Positions 1-8,575 of a stretch of 24,000 nucleotides of DNA are shown here, one piece after another (the first letter of the stretch is position 1; the number at the start of each line of letters is the position of its first letter). This stretch comes from an uncultured Eubacteriales bacterium (GTDB lineage: Bacteria > Bacillota > Clostridia > Christensenellales > QALW01). Location: positions 14,390-38,389 of the forward strand of contig URIR01000017.1 in the NCBI GenBank assembly GCA_900547955.1, in the 5' to 3' direction. A model generated the notes under the pieces. The model was not told the origin of the DNA. It did no database searches and was given only the letters and a program-made list of their open reading frames with translations. The translations under genes were made by a program, and so were the position numbers.

Positions 1-778
1 CCACCCGTTTGCCCAGCGCCCATTCCCTTTTGAGAGTCTCATCTCCTATCATAAAATCCGCCTCTGATTTATGGCCAAAGGATTCATGCGCAAAAACCCC
101 AGCCGCAATAGGAGAAAGCACGACCGGAAAACTGCCCGGCTGAACAGGGACGGCGTTAATAAGGAAATTTTCGCATTCGTCAATAAACTCCTTTATATCT
201 ACCTGACTAACCTTTTGCTTCAGCTCCATAAAGCTGACCGCCGCCCTGGAAAACTGCTCTTCAAAGCTCTCCCCATTAAAGCCCAGTCCCAAATTGCAGG
301 CAATACCCGCCGTTTGAAAATCATGCTCAAGCTCGGCGCCCTTGCTTGAATAAAAGGAATGCAGCGTATACTTATCCAAATAGCAGGCAGTCAGGCTTTT
401 TTGATAACGGCCTTGAAAAAGAGAGGACTGCGCATACAGAAATTCCCGTTTATCCTGAATGCTTATATCCTTTACGCGCCTGTCGGAAAATTTCAGCTTT
501 TTATCCCTATTAATCTGAAACCGCTTCACAATTTCATTTGCTTCTATATCGCAGTCAGGACGGCCCATTAAATAAAGCGCGTCCAGCTCCGACTGGATAT
601 CCTCCAGCCTGCTTGTAGAAGCATAATACCATATTTGCCCGTCAAACACGCGGATAAACGCCCTCTGAAGACTTGCCTCCCGGCAATCCTCCAGGCGGCC
701 GTCCCTGTAAGAGATAAACGTATTATATCTATCCTCTATGCGCACATCCGCATAAAAGCCCGGTTTAAATTTATACAT
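1..778 (-). CDS. TldD/PmbA-family metallopeptidase, N-terminal part (gene continues beyond window start)
   Basis: Absent from the ORF track because it runs off the edge. Hand translation of the minus strand from ATG at 778 stays open to position 1: MYKFKPGFYADVRIEDRYNTFISYRDGRLEDCREASLQRAFIRVFDGQIWYYASTS...FPVVLSPIAAGVFAHESFGHKSEADFMIGDETLKREWALGKRV. The HExxGHxxEaDF block is the TldD-type zinc-site motif. GGAGG (complement of 783-787) lies 4 nt upstream of the ATG. Plus-strand ORFs 71..349 and 359..571 are antisense shadows. Confidence 0.8.
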   Translation of the reverse strand, partial: MYKFKPGFYADVRIEDRYNTFISYRDGRLEDCREASLQRAFIRVFDGQIWYYASTSRLEDIQSELDALYLMGRPDCDIEANEIVKRFQINRDKKLKFSDRRVKDISIQDKREFLYAQSSLFQGRYQKSLTACYLDKYTLHSFYSSKGAELEHDFQTAGIACNLGLGFNGESFEEQFSRAAVSFMELKQKVSQVDIKEFIDECENFLINAVPVQPGSFPVVLSPIAAGVFAHESFGHKSEADFMIGDETLKREWALGKRV

Positions 779-808
779 AGCTCCTCCGTATGCTTTTAAC
801 CTCAGCTA

Positions 809-1315
809 TTACTGACGCTCAAGCAAAGCGCGTATGCTTTTCAGGGTTGCCAGCATCTCCTCGCGGCGGGCTTCCTCCTTAGCCTGAGCCTCCTCAAGCA
901 GCCTTGCCTTTTCCGCCTCCTGAGCCTCCTTAGCGGCTTTTTCCGCAGCGGCGGCCTCCTCAGCGGCCCGCCGTTTCTTTTCCGAATATCTTTCGCTTAC
1001 CTTTCTCAGAGCGCTTATAGCACAGAATATGCTCAAAGCTATAATAAGGAAATCCAGCACATTTTGAATAAAGCTCCCGTAAGCTATGCTTATGCCCGGC
1101 TCGCTCTCGGTAGGAGCAGATATAACCCACGTCAGCTCAGAAAAGCTGATATTTCCTATAAGCAGCCCCAGCGCAGGCATTATAATGTCGTTTACAAGAG
1201 ATGTAACTATCTTCCCGAACGCGCCGCCTATAATTACGCCCACGGCCATATCCACCACGTTGCCCTTCATGGCGAATTCCTTAAATGATTTAAAAAAGCC
1301 CTTTTTTTCGCTCAT
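809..1315 (-). CDS. mscL: Large-conductance mechanosensitive channel MscL (168 aa) with long charged C-terminal tail
   Basis: [52 protein letters not shown] is the canonical MscL N-terminus/TM1. Start is set at ATG 1315 (GAAAGGGGA RBS 9 nt upstream) rather than the longest-ORF start at 1357. The 1357 start would sit at or above the predicted promoter. Confidence 0.92.
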   Translation of the reverse strand: MSEKKGFFKSFKEFAMKGNVVDMAVGVIIGGAFGKIVTSLVNDIIMPALGLLIGNISFSELTWVISAPTESEPGISIAYGSFIQNVLDFLIIALSIFCAISALRKVSERYSEKKRRAAEEAAAAEKAAKEAQEAEKARLLEEAQAKEEARREEMLATLKSIRALLERQ

Positions 1316-1358
1316 ATTAATATATCCCCTTTCTTTTTTCGGCATATGCCCGTACATT

Positions 1359-1387
1359 ATATTAACGTCCGCGCTTCATTTTTGCAA
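1359..1387 (-). promoter_or_regulatory. Candidate sigma-A promoter of mscL
   Basis: Minus strand reads TTGCAA (1387-1382), a 17-nt spacer, then TAATAT (1364-1359). This is about 45 nt upstream of the mscL ATG. Confidence 0.5.
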
Positions 1388-1589
1388 GACTTTTTTCTTA
1401 TCGGACGCAGCCCATCCGGCGTTCAAAAATAAACGCGTCCCTTTCCCCGGAAATCTGCCCTGCGGTCTTTTGCCCTTTAAAAGGCCGTTTTCTCTAAAAT
1501 ATAATTAAAACGTAATATATTTTTAACTGCCTGTCGGCGCTCTTAATGATAAAATACGAATTAAATAAGGCTGTTTAAGGAGTATTTAT

Positions 1590-3614
1590 ATGAAGCAAAA
1601 TTTACTGCGTTTTTCCTGTATCATTTTATGCGCCATCCTGCTTTTTTCCGTGCAGGGCTGCTCCGAAATACCTCCCGCCTCGCCTGGCCTGACCGGTACT
1701 CCCGGCCAAACTACTGATATTCCGAACCCATCGCCCACCCAAAGCGCCTTTAATCCCTTAGAATTATATTCGCCCTATGCGCCATATGACGGTATGTATA
1801 TTTTAGACGGCGTGCTGGATGAAAAACACATGTATCTGGATTCCTGCCTGTCAAACGACAAGCTGCTGGTACTGAGAATTGACACAGACACATATAAAAT
1901 TTCCGCCGTATTAGCCGACGTTAAAAGCAACAAAATACTTGCTCAGCGGGAACTGGAGGGAGAATCGGGCGAAAACAACCCCTGGAAAGCAGGCGAAGCG
2001 GGCGATGGATTTTATATTATGGGCTCCTTCCCATATAAGCTGTATATTTACGACGGCCAGTTAAACCAAACTGCCGAGGCAGATTATTCCGAGCATATTG
2101 ATGACAACATATACGTTGACCCTTCGGGAAGCTGCTACTGGTACTGCGACCAATTAAACGGACGAATAGCATGCGTGCCGTTAAAAGGCGGCGAGCCTGT
2201 ATATTACCCCATGAACGCCGTATGGGAAGAAGATTCGCTGGTTTATATAAGCTCTTCCTTCGAGCATTATCTGCTATTGACCTCGTATGCGGTCAATCAG
2301 TCGGTTTACCTCTACGACCTTAATAACAAAAGCTACGTTCAAAGCGGAGTTATACCCTTTGACATGAAAATATACAAGGACTGTCTGGCCTATCAAACCG
2401 AAGGAGCGCTCACATATACCCGTTTGGCCTCCCCCGGTTTATCCTACAGTCTGCCTCTTCAATGCGGCGACCCCGACGTTACCGGCGAATATGAAATAAA
2501 TCTGGCGCTAAGCGGCGAATGGTTTGCTACCTGTCAATACCTTGAGCAAAGCTGCATACTGCGGCTTTACGATATAAATTCAGGTCTGTCAGCCTCAAAA
2601 ATGGTATTTGACGGCGCGCAAACTCCCGTAAGTTTAAATAACCTGCATTTTGCAGAGGGATACGCCGTACTCTCCATTTTTGAAGGGGATATTTCCAGAA
2701 TGCTCTTATGGGACTGCTTCAGTAATGTAAATGAAGCTCCCGACGTCTCCCAGGCTGTCTCCAGCATAGGCAAGCTGGACTGCGAACGCTTAAACAGGCA
2801 GCTTAAAACCCAGCTTGAGGAAAGAGGAATAAACGTTTACTACGGGCAGGAGGGCGCGGGGGATTTCCCGGATTATACGGCGCAGGTAGTTACTGACCAG
2901 GAGCTTATATACCGCGGACTGACTCAGCTTATGTCCACTATTAAAAAATTCCCCGACGGTTTTTTTAACGACCTTTTAAGCGAGGAGGTAAGAGGCATAG
3001 ATATTTATCTATGCGGCGCGTTTACTCCTATTAACCCCGAATGGGGCATTGATACCGCCTCAGCTTTCGCCGTTGTATATAATTCCAGGCAGATAATCGC
3101 CATGAATCTGGATTATATCTATTCCTTTGAGCAGACCCTCGCCCATGAATTCATGCACGCTATTGAACGGCGCATACAGCAGATGGTTTGGGACGGCCAA
3201 ATAGAGCGCGGGCTTATTCTCTGGGACGCTTTTCTGCCTGAAAATTATTATTACGCTAATTCCTACCGCGCGCCGGACGGAACCGAATACGACAGCTCCA
3301 ACCGCGCGCAGTATACCCCCTACGACCCGGCAAGCTACAGCGACATATCCAACGTATATTTTGTGGACGGCTATTCAACTACCTTTGCCAGCGAGGATAT
3401 GGCTCGGATATTTGAAAATCTGTTTGCTCAGAACGAGCTGCCTTATTTCTTTGAAAGTCCTAATCTTCTAGTAAAGGCTCAATATCTCTGCGCCGTAATA
3501 CGTCAATGCCTGCCCTCGGTTAACGCCGTTCAGGAGGCGGTATGGGAACGGAACATAGAGCTTAAGCCGGTCTCATGGTTTGAGGAACGATATGAAGTAG
3601 AGGCTATGGGATAA
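1590..3614 (+). CDS. Putative secreted lipoprotein with C-terminal HExxH zincin-like motif (674 aa)
   Basis: AAGGAG RBS 8 nt upstream. Signal peptide MKQNLLRFSCIILCAILLFSVQGC ends in a lipobox-like Cys, followed by a P/T/S-rich linker. HEFMH at 3144-3158 (TLAHEFMHAIERRI), and FASEDMARIFENLF downstream could supply a third ligand. Confidence 0.8.
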   Translation: MKQNLLRFSCIILCAILLFSVQGCSEIPPASPGLTGTPGQTTDIPNPSPTQSAFNPLELYSPYAPYDGMYILDGVLDEKHMYLDSCLSNDKLLVLRIDTDTYKISAVLADVKSNKILAQRELEGESGENNPWKAGEAGDGFYIMGSFPYKLYIYDGQLNQTAEADYSEHIDDNIYVDPSGSCYWYCDQLNGRIACVPLKGGEPVYYPMNAVWEEDSLVYISSSFEHYLLLTSYAVNQSVYLYDLNNKSYVQSGVIPFDMKIYKDCLAYQTEGALTYTRLASPGLSYSLPLQCGDPDVTGEYEINLALSGEWFATCQYLEQSCILRLYDINSGLSASKMVFDGAQTPVSLNNLHFAEGYAVLSIFEGDISRMLLWDCFSNVNEAPDVSQAVSSIGKLDCERLNRQLKTQLEERGINVYYGQEGAGDFPDYTAQVVTDQELIYRGLTQLMSTIKKFPDGFFNDLLSEEVRGIDIYLCGAFTPINPEWGIDTASAFAVVYNSRQIIAMNLDYIYSFEQTLAHEFMHAIERRIQQMVWDGQIERGLILWDAFLPENYYYANSYRAPDGTEYDSSNRAQYTPYDPASYSDISNVYFVDGYSTTFASEDMARIFENLFAQNELPYFFESPNLLVKAQYLCAVIRQCLPSVNAVQEAVWERNIELKPVSWFEERYEVEAMG

Positions 3615-3639
3615 TTATTGCTTATATGCTTTATTATGC

Positions 3640-3668
3640 TTGAACAGGCAGGATAATCAGAGTATAAT
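3640..3668 (+). promoter_or_regulatory. Candidate sigma-A promoter of the GH78-like gene
   Basis: TTGAAC (3640-3645), exactly 17 nt spacer, TATAAT (3663-3668). About 60 nt upstream of ATG 3730. Confidence 0.55.
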
Positions 3669-3692
3669 GTACCGCGGAAGAGGTACATTATA
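3663..3692 (+). terminator. Perfect 11-bp inverted repeat: candidate terminator of the lipoprotein gene and/or operator overlapping the -10 box
   Basis: TATAATGTACC (3663-3673), 8-nt loop GCGGAAGA, GGTACATTATA (3682-3692), followed by the T-rich TTCTAATTATTTTATT. The 5' arm coincides with the predicted -10 hexamer. Confidence 0.4.
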
Positions 3693-3729
3693 TTCTAATT
3701 ATTTTATTCAATATTTTCGGAGGAGCTAA

Positions 3730-5919
3730 ATGGCAAACGCAAAATGGATATGGCTGAATGAACAAGAACCCTTTATTAATTGCTACGCCCGTTTTTTACA
3801 GGAATTTTTTCTTGCAGCCGGACAGGCGGCATGCGCTCAAATCCGCGTGGCGGCCTCGGACAATTATGTTCTAAGGCTGAACGGAGATTTCATCGCCTGC
3901 GGCCAATACAAGGATTATCCCGGCCTAAAGCATTACGATACGCTCAGCCTTGACCATTTTCTGAAGCCCGGAAAAAATCTGTTAGCTATAGACGTTTACT
4001 ACCAGGGCGCGCAAAGCTTTCAATGCGCTCAATCGGCCCCCCGGCTCTGGTATGAGCTTACAGTCGGAAACGACACCTACGCAAGCGGCCCGGAAACCCT
4101 CTGCCGGAAGCTTAAGGAATACAAGCAGGGCGAGATGGAATTAATAAGCCCTCAGCTCTCCTTTACCTTTGAATATGACGCGCGAAAAGAAAGCCTCAAT
4201 GCAGACTTAAGCCCCGCGCAGCCGGAGGGAGCTGAAAATCTCCAGGTTTTCGCGCCCGCGACCGAAGTTGCAGACCGCTGGAATACTCAGCTTGAGCCCC
4301 GGCCTATAAAAAAATGCGCTATAAAAGCTCCTGTAAATTCCCGTATTGCCGCGCAGGGCGTAATCCTAGAGCCGCCCGAGTCATTCGAGAAAGACGGCGG
4401 GGATACTGCGCCCGCAAAACGTATATATTATCAGTTAACCGCGCCGCGCTATGCCGAAGAGCTTATCAAGCTGCCCAAGAGCCACCCGCAGCCCAAAGCC
4501 TTCAATTCTCCCACGCTCACGTTTCCCTCAGAGGGCTATATTCTGCAAACTCCCGAGGGCTACGACGGCTGTTATATCCTGGCGGACCTGGGCGCAGAAT
4601 ACGCCGGATATCCTCTGCTGGATATTACCGCGCCCGAGGGCGCCCAGATTGACATAGGCTATGGGGAGCATTTAGAGGACGGCCGGGTACGCTCATATAT
4701 AGGGGGCCGGAACTTCGCCTTCAGATACACCGCCAAAAACGGCAGGCAGCGCTTTATAAATTATTTTAAGCGAATAGCCGGCAGATACCTAGAAATGCAC
4801 GTTAGCTCATGCGACCATATAATTGTTCATAACCTTACTTTGCTGCCCGAGGAATACCCGCTTAAGCGTCAGAGTTATCCGATGGGACTGACCGACGCAT
4901 TAGGGCGGCGCATTTGGGACACATCAGCCAGAACACTTGAATTATGCATGCACGAGCATTACGAGGACTGTCCTTGGCGCGAACAAGCGCTCTACGCCAT
5001 GGATGCGCGCAATCAAGCTCTGGCCGGATACTACGCCTTTAAGGAATTTGATTTTCCCGCAGCTTCATGGGCCCTTATGGCACAGGCCCTGCTGCCTGAC
5101 GGACAATTAAGAATTACCTCTCCTACCGACAGCGAATTAAGGATTCCCAGCTTTACCTTTGCCTGGGCCGTAGCCTCTGGAGAATTAGCGCAGTACGGCG
5201 GAATAGAGCGTATAACTTACATATCCGCTATAACCGAAATGCTGGATAAGGCGCTTAAGAGGCGGCGGAATGGGCTTTTATTAAATCCCGAGGGAGCGGA
5301 ATACTGGAATTTTTACGAATGGTCCAACGGGCTGGCGGGACATCTGGGGCAGGCTGTTCCTTCTATTTATCCCGAAAGCCCCTATAACGCCTTTTTCTGC
5401 GGCGCGCTCCGAGCAGGCGCGTTTCTATGCCGCGCCCTTAACGATACTGTCCGGGCGGAAAAATATGAACGGGCAGCCCAGGAGCTTAAAAACGCTTTTG
5501 AAATATTTTGGGACGATAAGCATAAGGCCTATTGCACGGGCAAATCCGGGGATGGCAGACCATATTCTGAATTAACTCAAGCTCTGGCTCTTAAATTTGA
5601 GCTTGTGCCGCCCAGCCGCTCACATAAGCTGCGCGAACGTTTAACAAAGCCGGACAACGGACTGGAGCCTATAACGCTAAGCCATTACATATATAAAATA
5701 GACGCATTAATGCAGGAACCGGAGCGTTATTTTAACACAGTTTATGAAGAAATTCTTTCAGTTTGGGGCAGCATGCTTTTCAAGGGCTGCAGTTCATTTT
5801 GGGAAACCATAGACGGCGCCGACGCTTTTGACAAGGCCGGCAGCTTATGCCACGGCTGGAGCGCGGCGCCAATTTACTTTTTCGGCAAATGGGCCAGCGA
5901 CTGCAAAACTAGCCTTTAA
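3730..5919 (+). CDS. GH78-like (alpha-L-rhamnosidase family) six-hairpin glycoside hydrolase (729 aa)
   Basis: GGAGGAG RBS. N-terminus MANAKWIW is typical of the rhamnosidase N-terminal domain. EDCPWREQALYAMDARNQAL resembles the DCPxRE(R/Q) motif opening the (alpha/alpha)6 catalytic domain, and SLCHGWSAAPIYFF resembles the conserved C-terminal CHGW block. The family assignment is by motif memory only. Confidence 0.65.
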   Translation: MANAKWIWLNEQEPFINCYARFLQEFFLAAGQAACAQIRVAASDNYVLRLNGDFIACGQYKDYPGLKHYDTLSLDHFLKPGKNLLAIDVYYQGAQSFQCAQSAPRLWYELTVGNDTYASGPETLCRKLKEYKQGEMELISPQLSFTFEYDARKESLNADLSPAQPEGAENLQVFAPATEVADRWNTQLEPRPIKKCAIKAPVNSRIAAQGVILEPPESFEKDGGDTAPAKRIYYQLTAPRYAEELIKLPKSHPQPKAFNSPTLTFPSEGYILQTPEGYDGCYILADLGAEYAGYPLLDITAPEGAQIDIGYGEHLEDGRVRSYIGGRNFAFRYTAKNGRQRFINYFKRIAGRYLEMHVSSCDHIIVHNLTLLPEEYPLKRQSYPMGLTDALGRRIWDTSARTLELCMHEHYEDCPWREQALYAMDARNQALAGYYAFKEFDFPAASWALMAQALLPDGQLRITSPTDSELRIPSFTFAWAVASGELAQYGGIERITYISAITEMLDKALKRRRNGLLLNPEGAEYWNFYEWSNGLAGHLGQAVPSIYPESPYNAFFCGALRAGAFLCRALNDTVRAEKYERAAQELKNAFEIFWDDKHKAYCTGKSGDGRPYSELTQALALKFELVPPSRSHKLRERLTKPDNGLEPITLSHYIYKIDALMQEPERYFNTVYEEILSVWGSMLFKGCSSFWETIDGADAFDKAGSLCHGWSAAPIYFFGKWASDCKTSL

Positions 5920-5966
5920 AATTCCAGACTGCCCACAGCAGCTTAAGACACTCAGAGCGGGTCCTG

Positions 5967-6128
5967 CCTCCGCCTACAGGCGGAGGCCCAAAACAGCTAA
6001 AGATGCATGGACGCGCCTTACCTCCGCCTGCAGGCGGAGGCCCAAAACAGCTAAAGATGCATAGACGCGCCTTACCTCCGCCTACAGGCGGAGGCCCAAA
6101 ACAGCTAAAGATGCATAGACGCGCCTTA
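5967..6128 (+). repeat. 54-bp tandem repeat, 3 full units (5967-6020, 6021-6074, 6075-6128) plus a partial 4th copy running into element A
   Basis: The unit is CCTCCGCC-TACA-GGCGGAGG-CCCAAAACAGCTAAAGATGCATAGACGCGCCTTA. Units differ from each other at single positions (loop TACA vs TGCA; CATGG vs CATAG). Each unit carries an 8-bp hairpin. Confidence 0.95.
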
Positions 6129-6278
6129 CCTCCGCCTACAGGCGGAGGTAAGGCGCCGGGGGGCGGCGTTTGGCGGCCGTTCCGGCCGCCGTGGCCGGGC
6201 CCTTCGGCCCGGCCACGGGGCAGGCTTTGCCTGCCCAAACGCCGCCCCCCCGGCGCATGGTCCAGCCGGACCATGCGC
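6121..6278 (+). repeat. GC-rich multi-hairpin element, copy A (H0 hairpin + closed three-hairpin junction + H5 hairpin)
   Basis: H0 is 6121-6156 (16-bp stem). P1 closing stem is CGGGGGGCGGCGTT 6157-6170 paired with AACGCCGCCCCCCCG 6238-6252. Inner hairpins are 6172-6190, 6191-6216 and 6218-6236. H5 is 6253-6278 (11-bp stem). The architecture and P1/P4 sequence match copy C. Confidence 0.9.
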
Positions 6279-6338
6279 GTCCTCTGGATTTTTCAACATA
6301 TTCTTTTCTGCTTCATTTTATAAAAGTCCATGTAAAAT

Positions 6339-6368
6339 AAAAAAACCGGCGCTTATATTAAGCGCCGG
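6339..6368 (-). terminator. Rho-independent terminator of pnp
   Basis: Minus strand: CCGGCGCTTA-ATA-TAAGCGCCGG (10-bp stem, 6346-6368) followed by TTTTTTT (complement of 6339-6345). It begins 27 nt after the pnp stop. Confidence 0.85.
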
Positions 6369-6394
6369 AGTGTACAAACCAATTCTAGGTTCCT

Positions 6395-8494
6395 TTACTT
6401 TTTCTCATCCTTTTCAGGAATAAGCCCTTTACGAGTAAGATTGATGCGGCCTTTATCATCAATTTCAATAACCTTAACCATTATCTTATCGCCTATATTG
6501 ACAACATCCTCCACTTTTTCAACCCGCTCATTTGCAAGCTTTGAAATATGCACCAATCCATCCTTGCCTGGCAGCAATTCTACAAACGCACCAAAGGGCA
6601 TAATGCGCACTACAGTTCCAAGGTATACTTCGCCGACCTCCACATCTTTAGCTATGGCGTCTATCATCTTCTTAGCCGCAGCTCCAGAAGCGCTGTCTAC
6701 TGCATATATAATTACGCGCCCGCTATCCTCTATATCAATCTTAACGCCCGTCTCGTCTATTATCTTATTAATCATCTTTCCGCCGGGCCCTATAACCTCG
6801 CGTATCTTATCGGTATTAATATAGAAAATAATGGTTTTAGGCGCATAAGGCGAAACATCCTCTCTGGGCTTATCCAGCGTGGCAAGCATTTTATTAAGGA
6901 TAAACAGCCGCGCGTCCTTAGCCTGAGCCAGCGCGCGCTTAAGGATAGGCTCGTCTATACCCTTTATCTTTATATCCATCTGTATAGCGGTTATACCCTT
7001 TTCCGTGCCCGCCACCTTGAAATCCATGTCTCCCAGGAAGTCCTCAAGTCCCTGAATATCAGTCAAAACAACTACCTTATCGCTCTCGGTATCCTTAATA
7101 AGACCCATTGCCGCTCCGGCCACAGGCGCCTTTATAGGAACGCCCGCATCCATAAGGGAAAGAGTTGAACCGCATACGCTGGCCATAGAGGTGGAACCGT
7201 TAGAGGAGACCGCCTCAGAAACCACTCTTATGGCATAGGGAAATTCCTCCTCAGAAGGAATCATGGGCTCAAGCGCGCGCTCGGCTAAAGCGCCGTGCCC
7301 TATCTCGCGGCGTCCCGGACTGCGGATAGGCCGTGCTTCTCCCGTGCTGTAGGGCGGCATATTGTAATGATGCATATACCGTTTCTGCTCTACCTCGTCT
7401 ATCCCGTCCAGCTCCTGCGCGTCATTAAGCGCTCCGAGAGTAGTCAGGGATATGACCTGCGTCTGGCCGCGGGTAAATACAGCCGAGCCATGTGTACGCG
7501 CAAACATATGCACATCGCACCATATTGGGCGTATATCGAATACGCCGCGGCCGTCCGGCCGAATACCATAATCCAGTATCTTGCGGCGCATGGTTTCCTT
7601 TTTTATCGCATAAAGCGCATCTGAAATCTCCCTCGTCTTTTCAGGATATATTTCAGCAAAATGCCCCTGCACCTCTTCTTCTACCTGATTTTCTCTGGCC
7701 TCGCGCTCCTTGCGGTCAAAGCATTCCATAACCCATGCTATCTTATCCGTAGCAAATTCGCGCACGTCCTTTTCAATGTCCTCAGGCACCTTATAATAAT
7801 CGAAAACCTGCTTTTCCTTGCCTACCTCAGCCTGAATCATTTCCTGCCAGGCGACTAATTTCTTAATTTCCTCATGAGCTATCATGATAGCTTCAAGCAT
7901 CTGGTCCTCAGTAACTTCCTTGGCGCCCGCTTCCACCATCATTACGGCGTCCTTGGTACCCGAAACGGTAAGATTAAGCACGCTCTTTTCCCTCTGCTCG
8001 CTGTCAGGATTAATAACGTACGCCCCGTCTACCATGCCTATGGAAACGCTGCCCGTAGGCCCGTAAAATGGAATATCAGAAATAGTAAGCGCAACGGAAG
8101 AGCCAATCATAGCATAAATTTCAGGCGGAATATTGTTATCCACGCTCATTGCAGTAGCCACTACCTGCACATCATTATAAAAGCCCTTAGGAAATAAAGG
8201 CCTTATCGGACGGTCTATAAGGCGGGATGTAAGAATAGCCTTTTCGGAGGGCCTGCCCTCTCTGCGCATAAAGCCGCCTGGAATCTTACCGACCGAATAC
8301 TGCTTCTCTTCAAATTCCACGCTCAAAGGGAAGAAATCTATACCCTCGCGCGCCTGCTTAGACATAGTCGCATTAACCAAAAGCGCCGTATCTCCGCATC
8401 TTATAAGGCATGAGCCGTTCGCCTGCTCAGCGTATTTGCCAATTTCGACAGACAGCTTCCGCCCCGCAAACTCGGTTTCAAATGTTTTAAACAT
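6395..8494 (-). CDS. pnp: Polynucleotide phosphorylase (PNPase), 699 aa
   Basis: Full-length match in character: [29 protein letters not shown]-terminus, two RNase PH-like halves, a KH region ([15 protein letters not shown]) and a C-terminal S1 domain ([34 protein letters not shown]). GAAGGAG RBS. Confidence 0.97.
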   Translation of the reverse strand: MFKTFETEFAGRKLSVEIGKYAEQANGSCLIRCGDTALLVNATMSKQAREGIDFFPLSVEFEEKQYSVGKIPGGFMRREGRPSEKAILTSRLIDRPIRPLFPKGFYNDVQVVATAMSVDNNIPPEIYAMIGSSVALTISDIPFYGPTGSVSIGMVDGAYVINPDSEQREKSVLNLTVSGTKDAVMMVEAGAKEVTEDQMLEAIMIAHEEIKKLVAWQEMIQAEVGKEKQVFDYYKVPEDIEKDVREFATDKIAWVMECFDRKEREARENQVEEEVQGHFAEIYPEKTREISDALYAIKKETMRRKILDYGIRPDGRGVFDIRPIWCDVHMFARTHGSAVFTRGQTQVISLTTLGALNDAQELDGIDEVEQKRYMHHYNMPPYSTGEARPIRSPGRREIGHGALAERALEPMIPSEEEFPYAIRVVSEAVSSNGSTSMASVCGSTLSLMDAGVPIKAPVAGAAMGLIKDTESDKVVVLTDIQGLEDFLGDMDFKVAGTEKGITAIQMDIKIKGIDEPILKRALAQAKDARLFILNKMLATLDKPREDVSPYAPKTIIFYINTDKIREVIGPGGKMINKIIDETGVKIDIEDSGRVIIYAVDSASGAAAKKMIDAIAKDVEVGEVYLGTVVRIMPFGAFVELLPGKDGLVHISKLANERVEKVEDVVNIGDKIMVKVIEIDDKGRINLTRKGLIPEKDEKK

Positions 8495-8535
8495 ACTCTT
8501 TTCTCCTTCTGTATTTTTAAAAGCCCCTTGCTTTT

Positions 8536-8571
8536 AAAAATGGTGAAAGAGCGGATATAATTCCGCCCTTT
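8536..8571 (-). terminator. Hairpin plus U-run between rpsO and pnp (partial terminator / processing site candidate)
   Basis: Minus strand: AAAGGGCGGA-ATTATA-TCCGCTCTTT (10 bp including one G.U), then CACCATTTTT. It sits in the 81-nt rpsO-pnp spacer. Confidence 0.4.
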
Positions 8572-8575
8572 AATT

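Noticed and set aside
1064-1508. Plus-strand ORFs 1064..1288 and 1086..1508
   Set aside because: They are antisense to mscL and extend across its promoter region, with no RBS or recognisable motif.
4314-4657. ORFs 4314..4652(+) and 4451..4657(+), Arg-rich
   Set aside because: They are off-frame ORFs nested in the GH78-like CDS, and the main frame is continuous over 729 codons.
5967-6156. Possible CRISPR array (regularly spaced 20-nt palindromic repeats every 54 bp)
   Set aside because: The 34-nt 'spacers' between hairpins are identical to each other, so this is a simple tandem duplication and not repeat plus unique spacers. There are no cas genes in the window.
6157-6252. tRNA-like or other known small RNA (four-way junction 'cloverleaf')
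   Set aside because: Stem lengths (14-39 bp closing stem, 7-11 bp arms, 3-4 nt loops) are incompatible with tRNA/tmRNA. There is no T-loop, D-loop or anticodon-loop signature. I recognise no match to RNase P, SRP, 6S or riboswitch consensus sequences. It is kept as an unknown structured repeat.
5828-6323. ORFs 5828..6064(+), 5909..6274(-), 6003..6323(+) with repetitive P/G/R-rich translations
   Set aside because: They lie entirely on the tandem array and GC-rich palindromic element. Open frames on both strands are expected from stop-codon-poor GC-rich palindromes. They have no RBS, and the repeats in the 'protein' merely mirror the DNA repeat.
6441-8197. Plus-strand ORFs inside pnp (6441..6824, 6548..7168, 7295..7624, 7492..7731, 7661..7858, 7874..8197, 7884..8066)
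   Set aside because: They are antisense shadows of a full-length, motif-rich PNPase gene.
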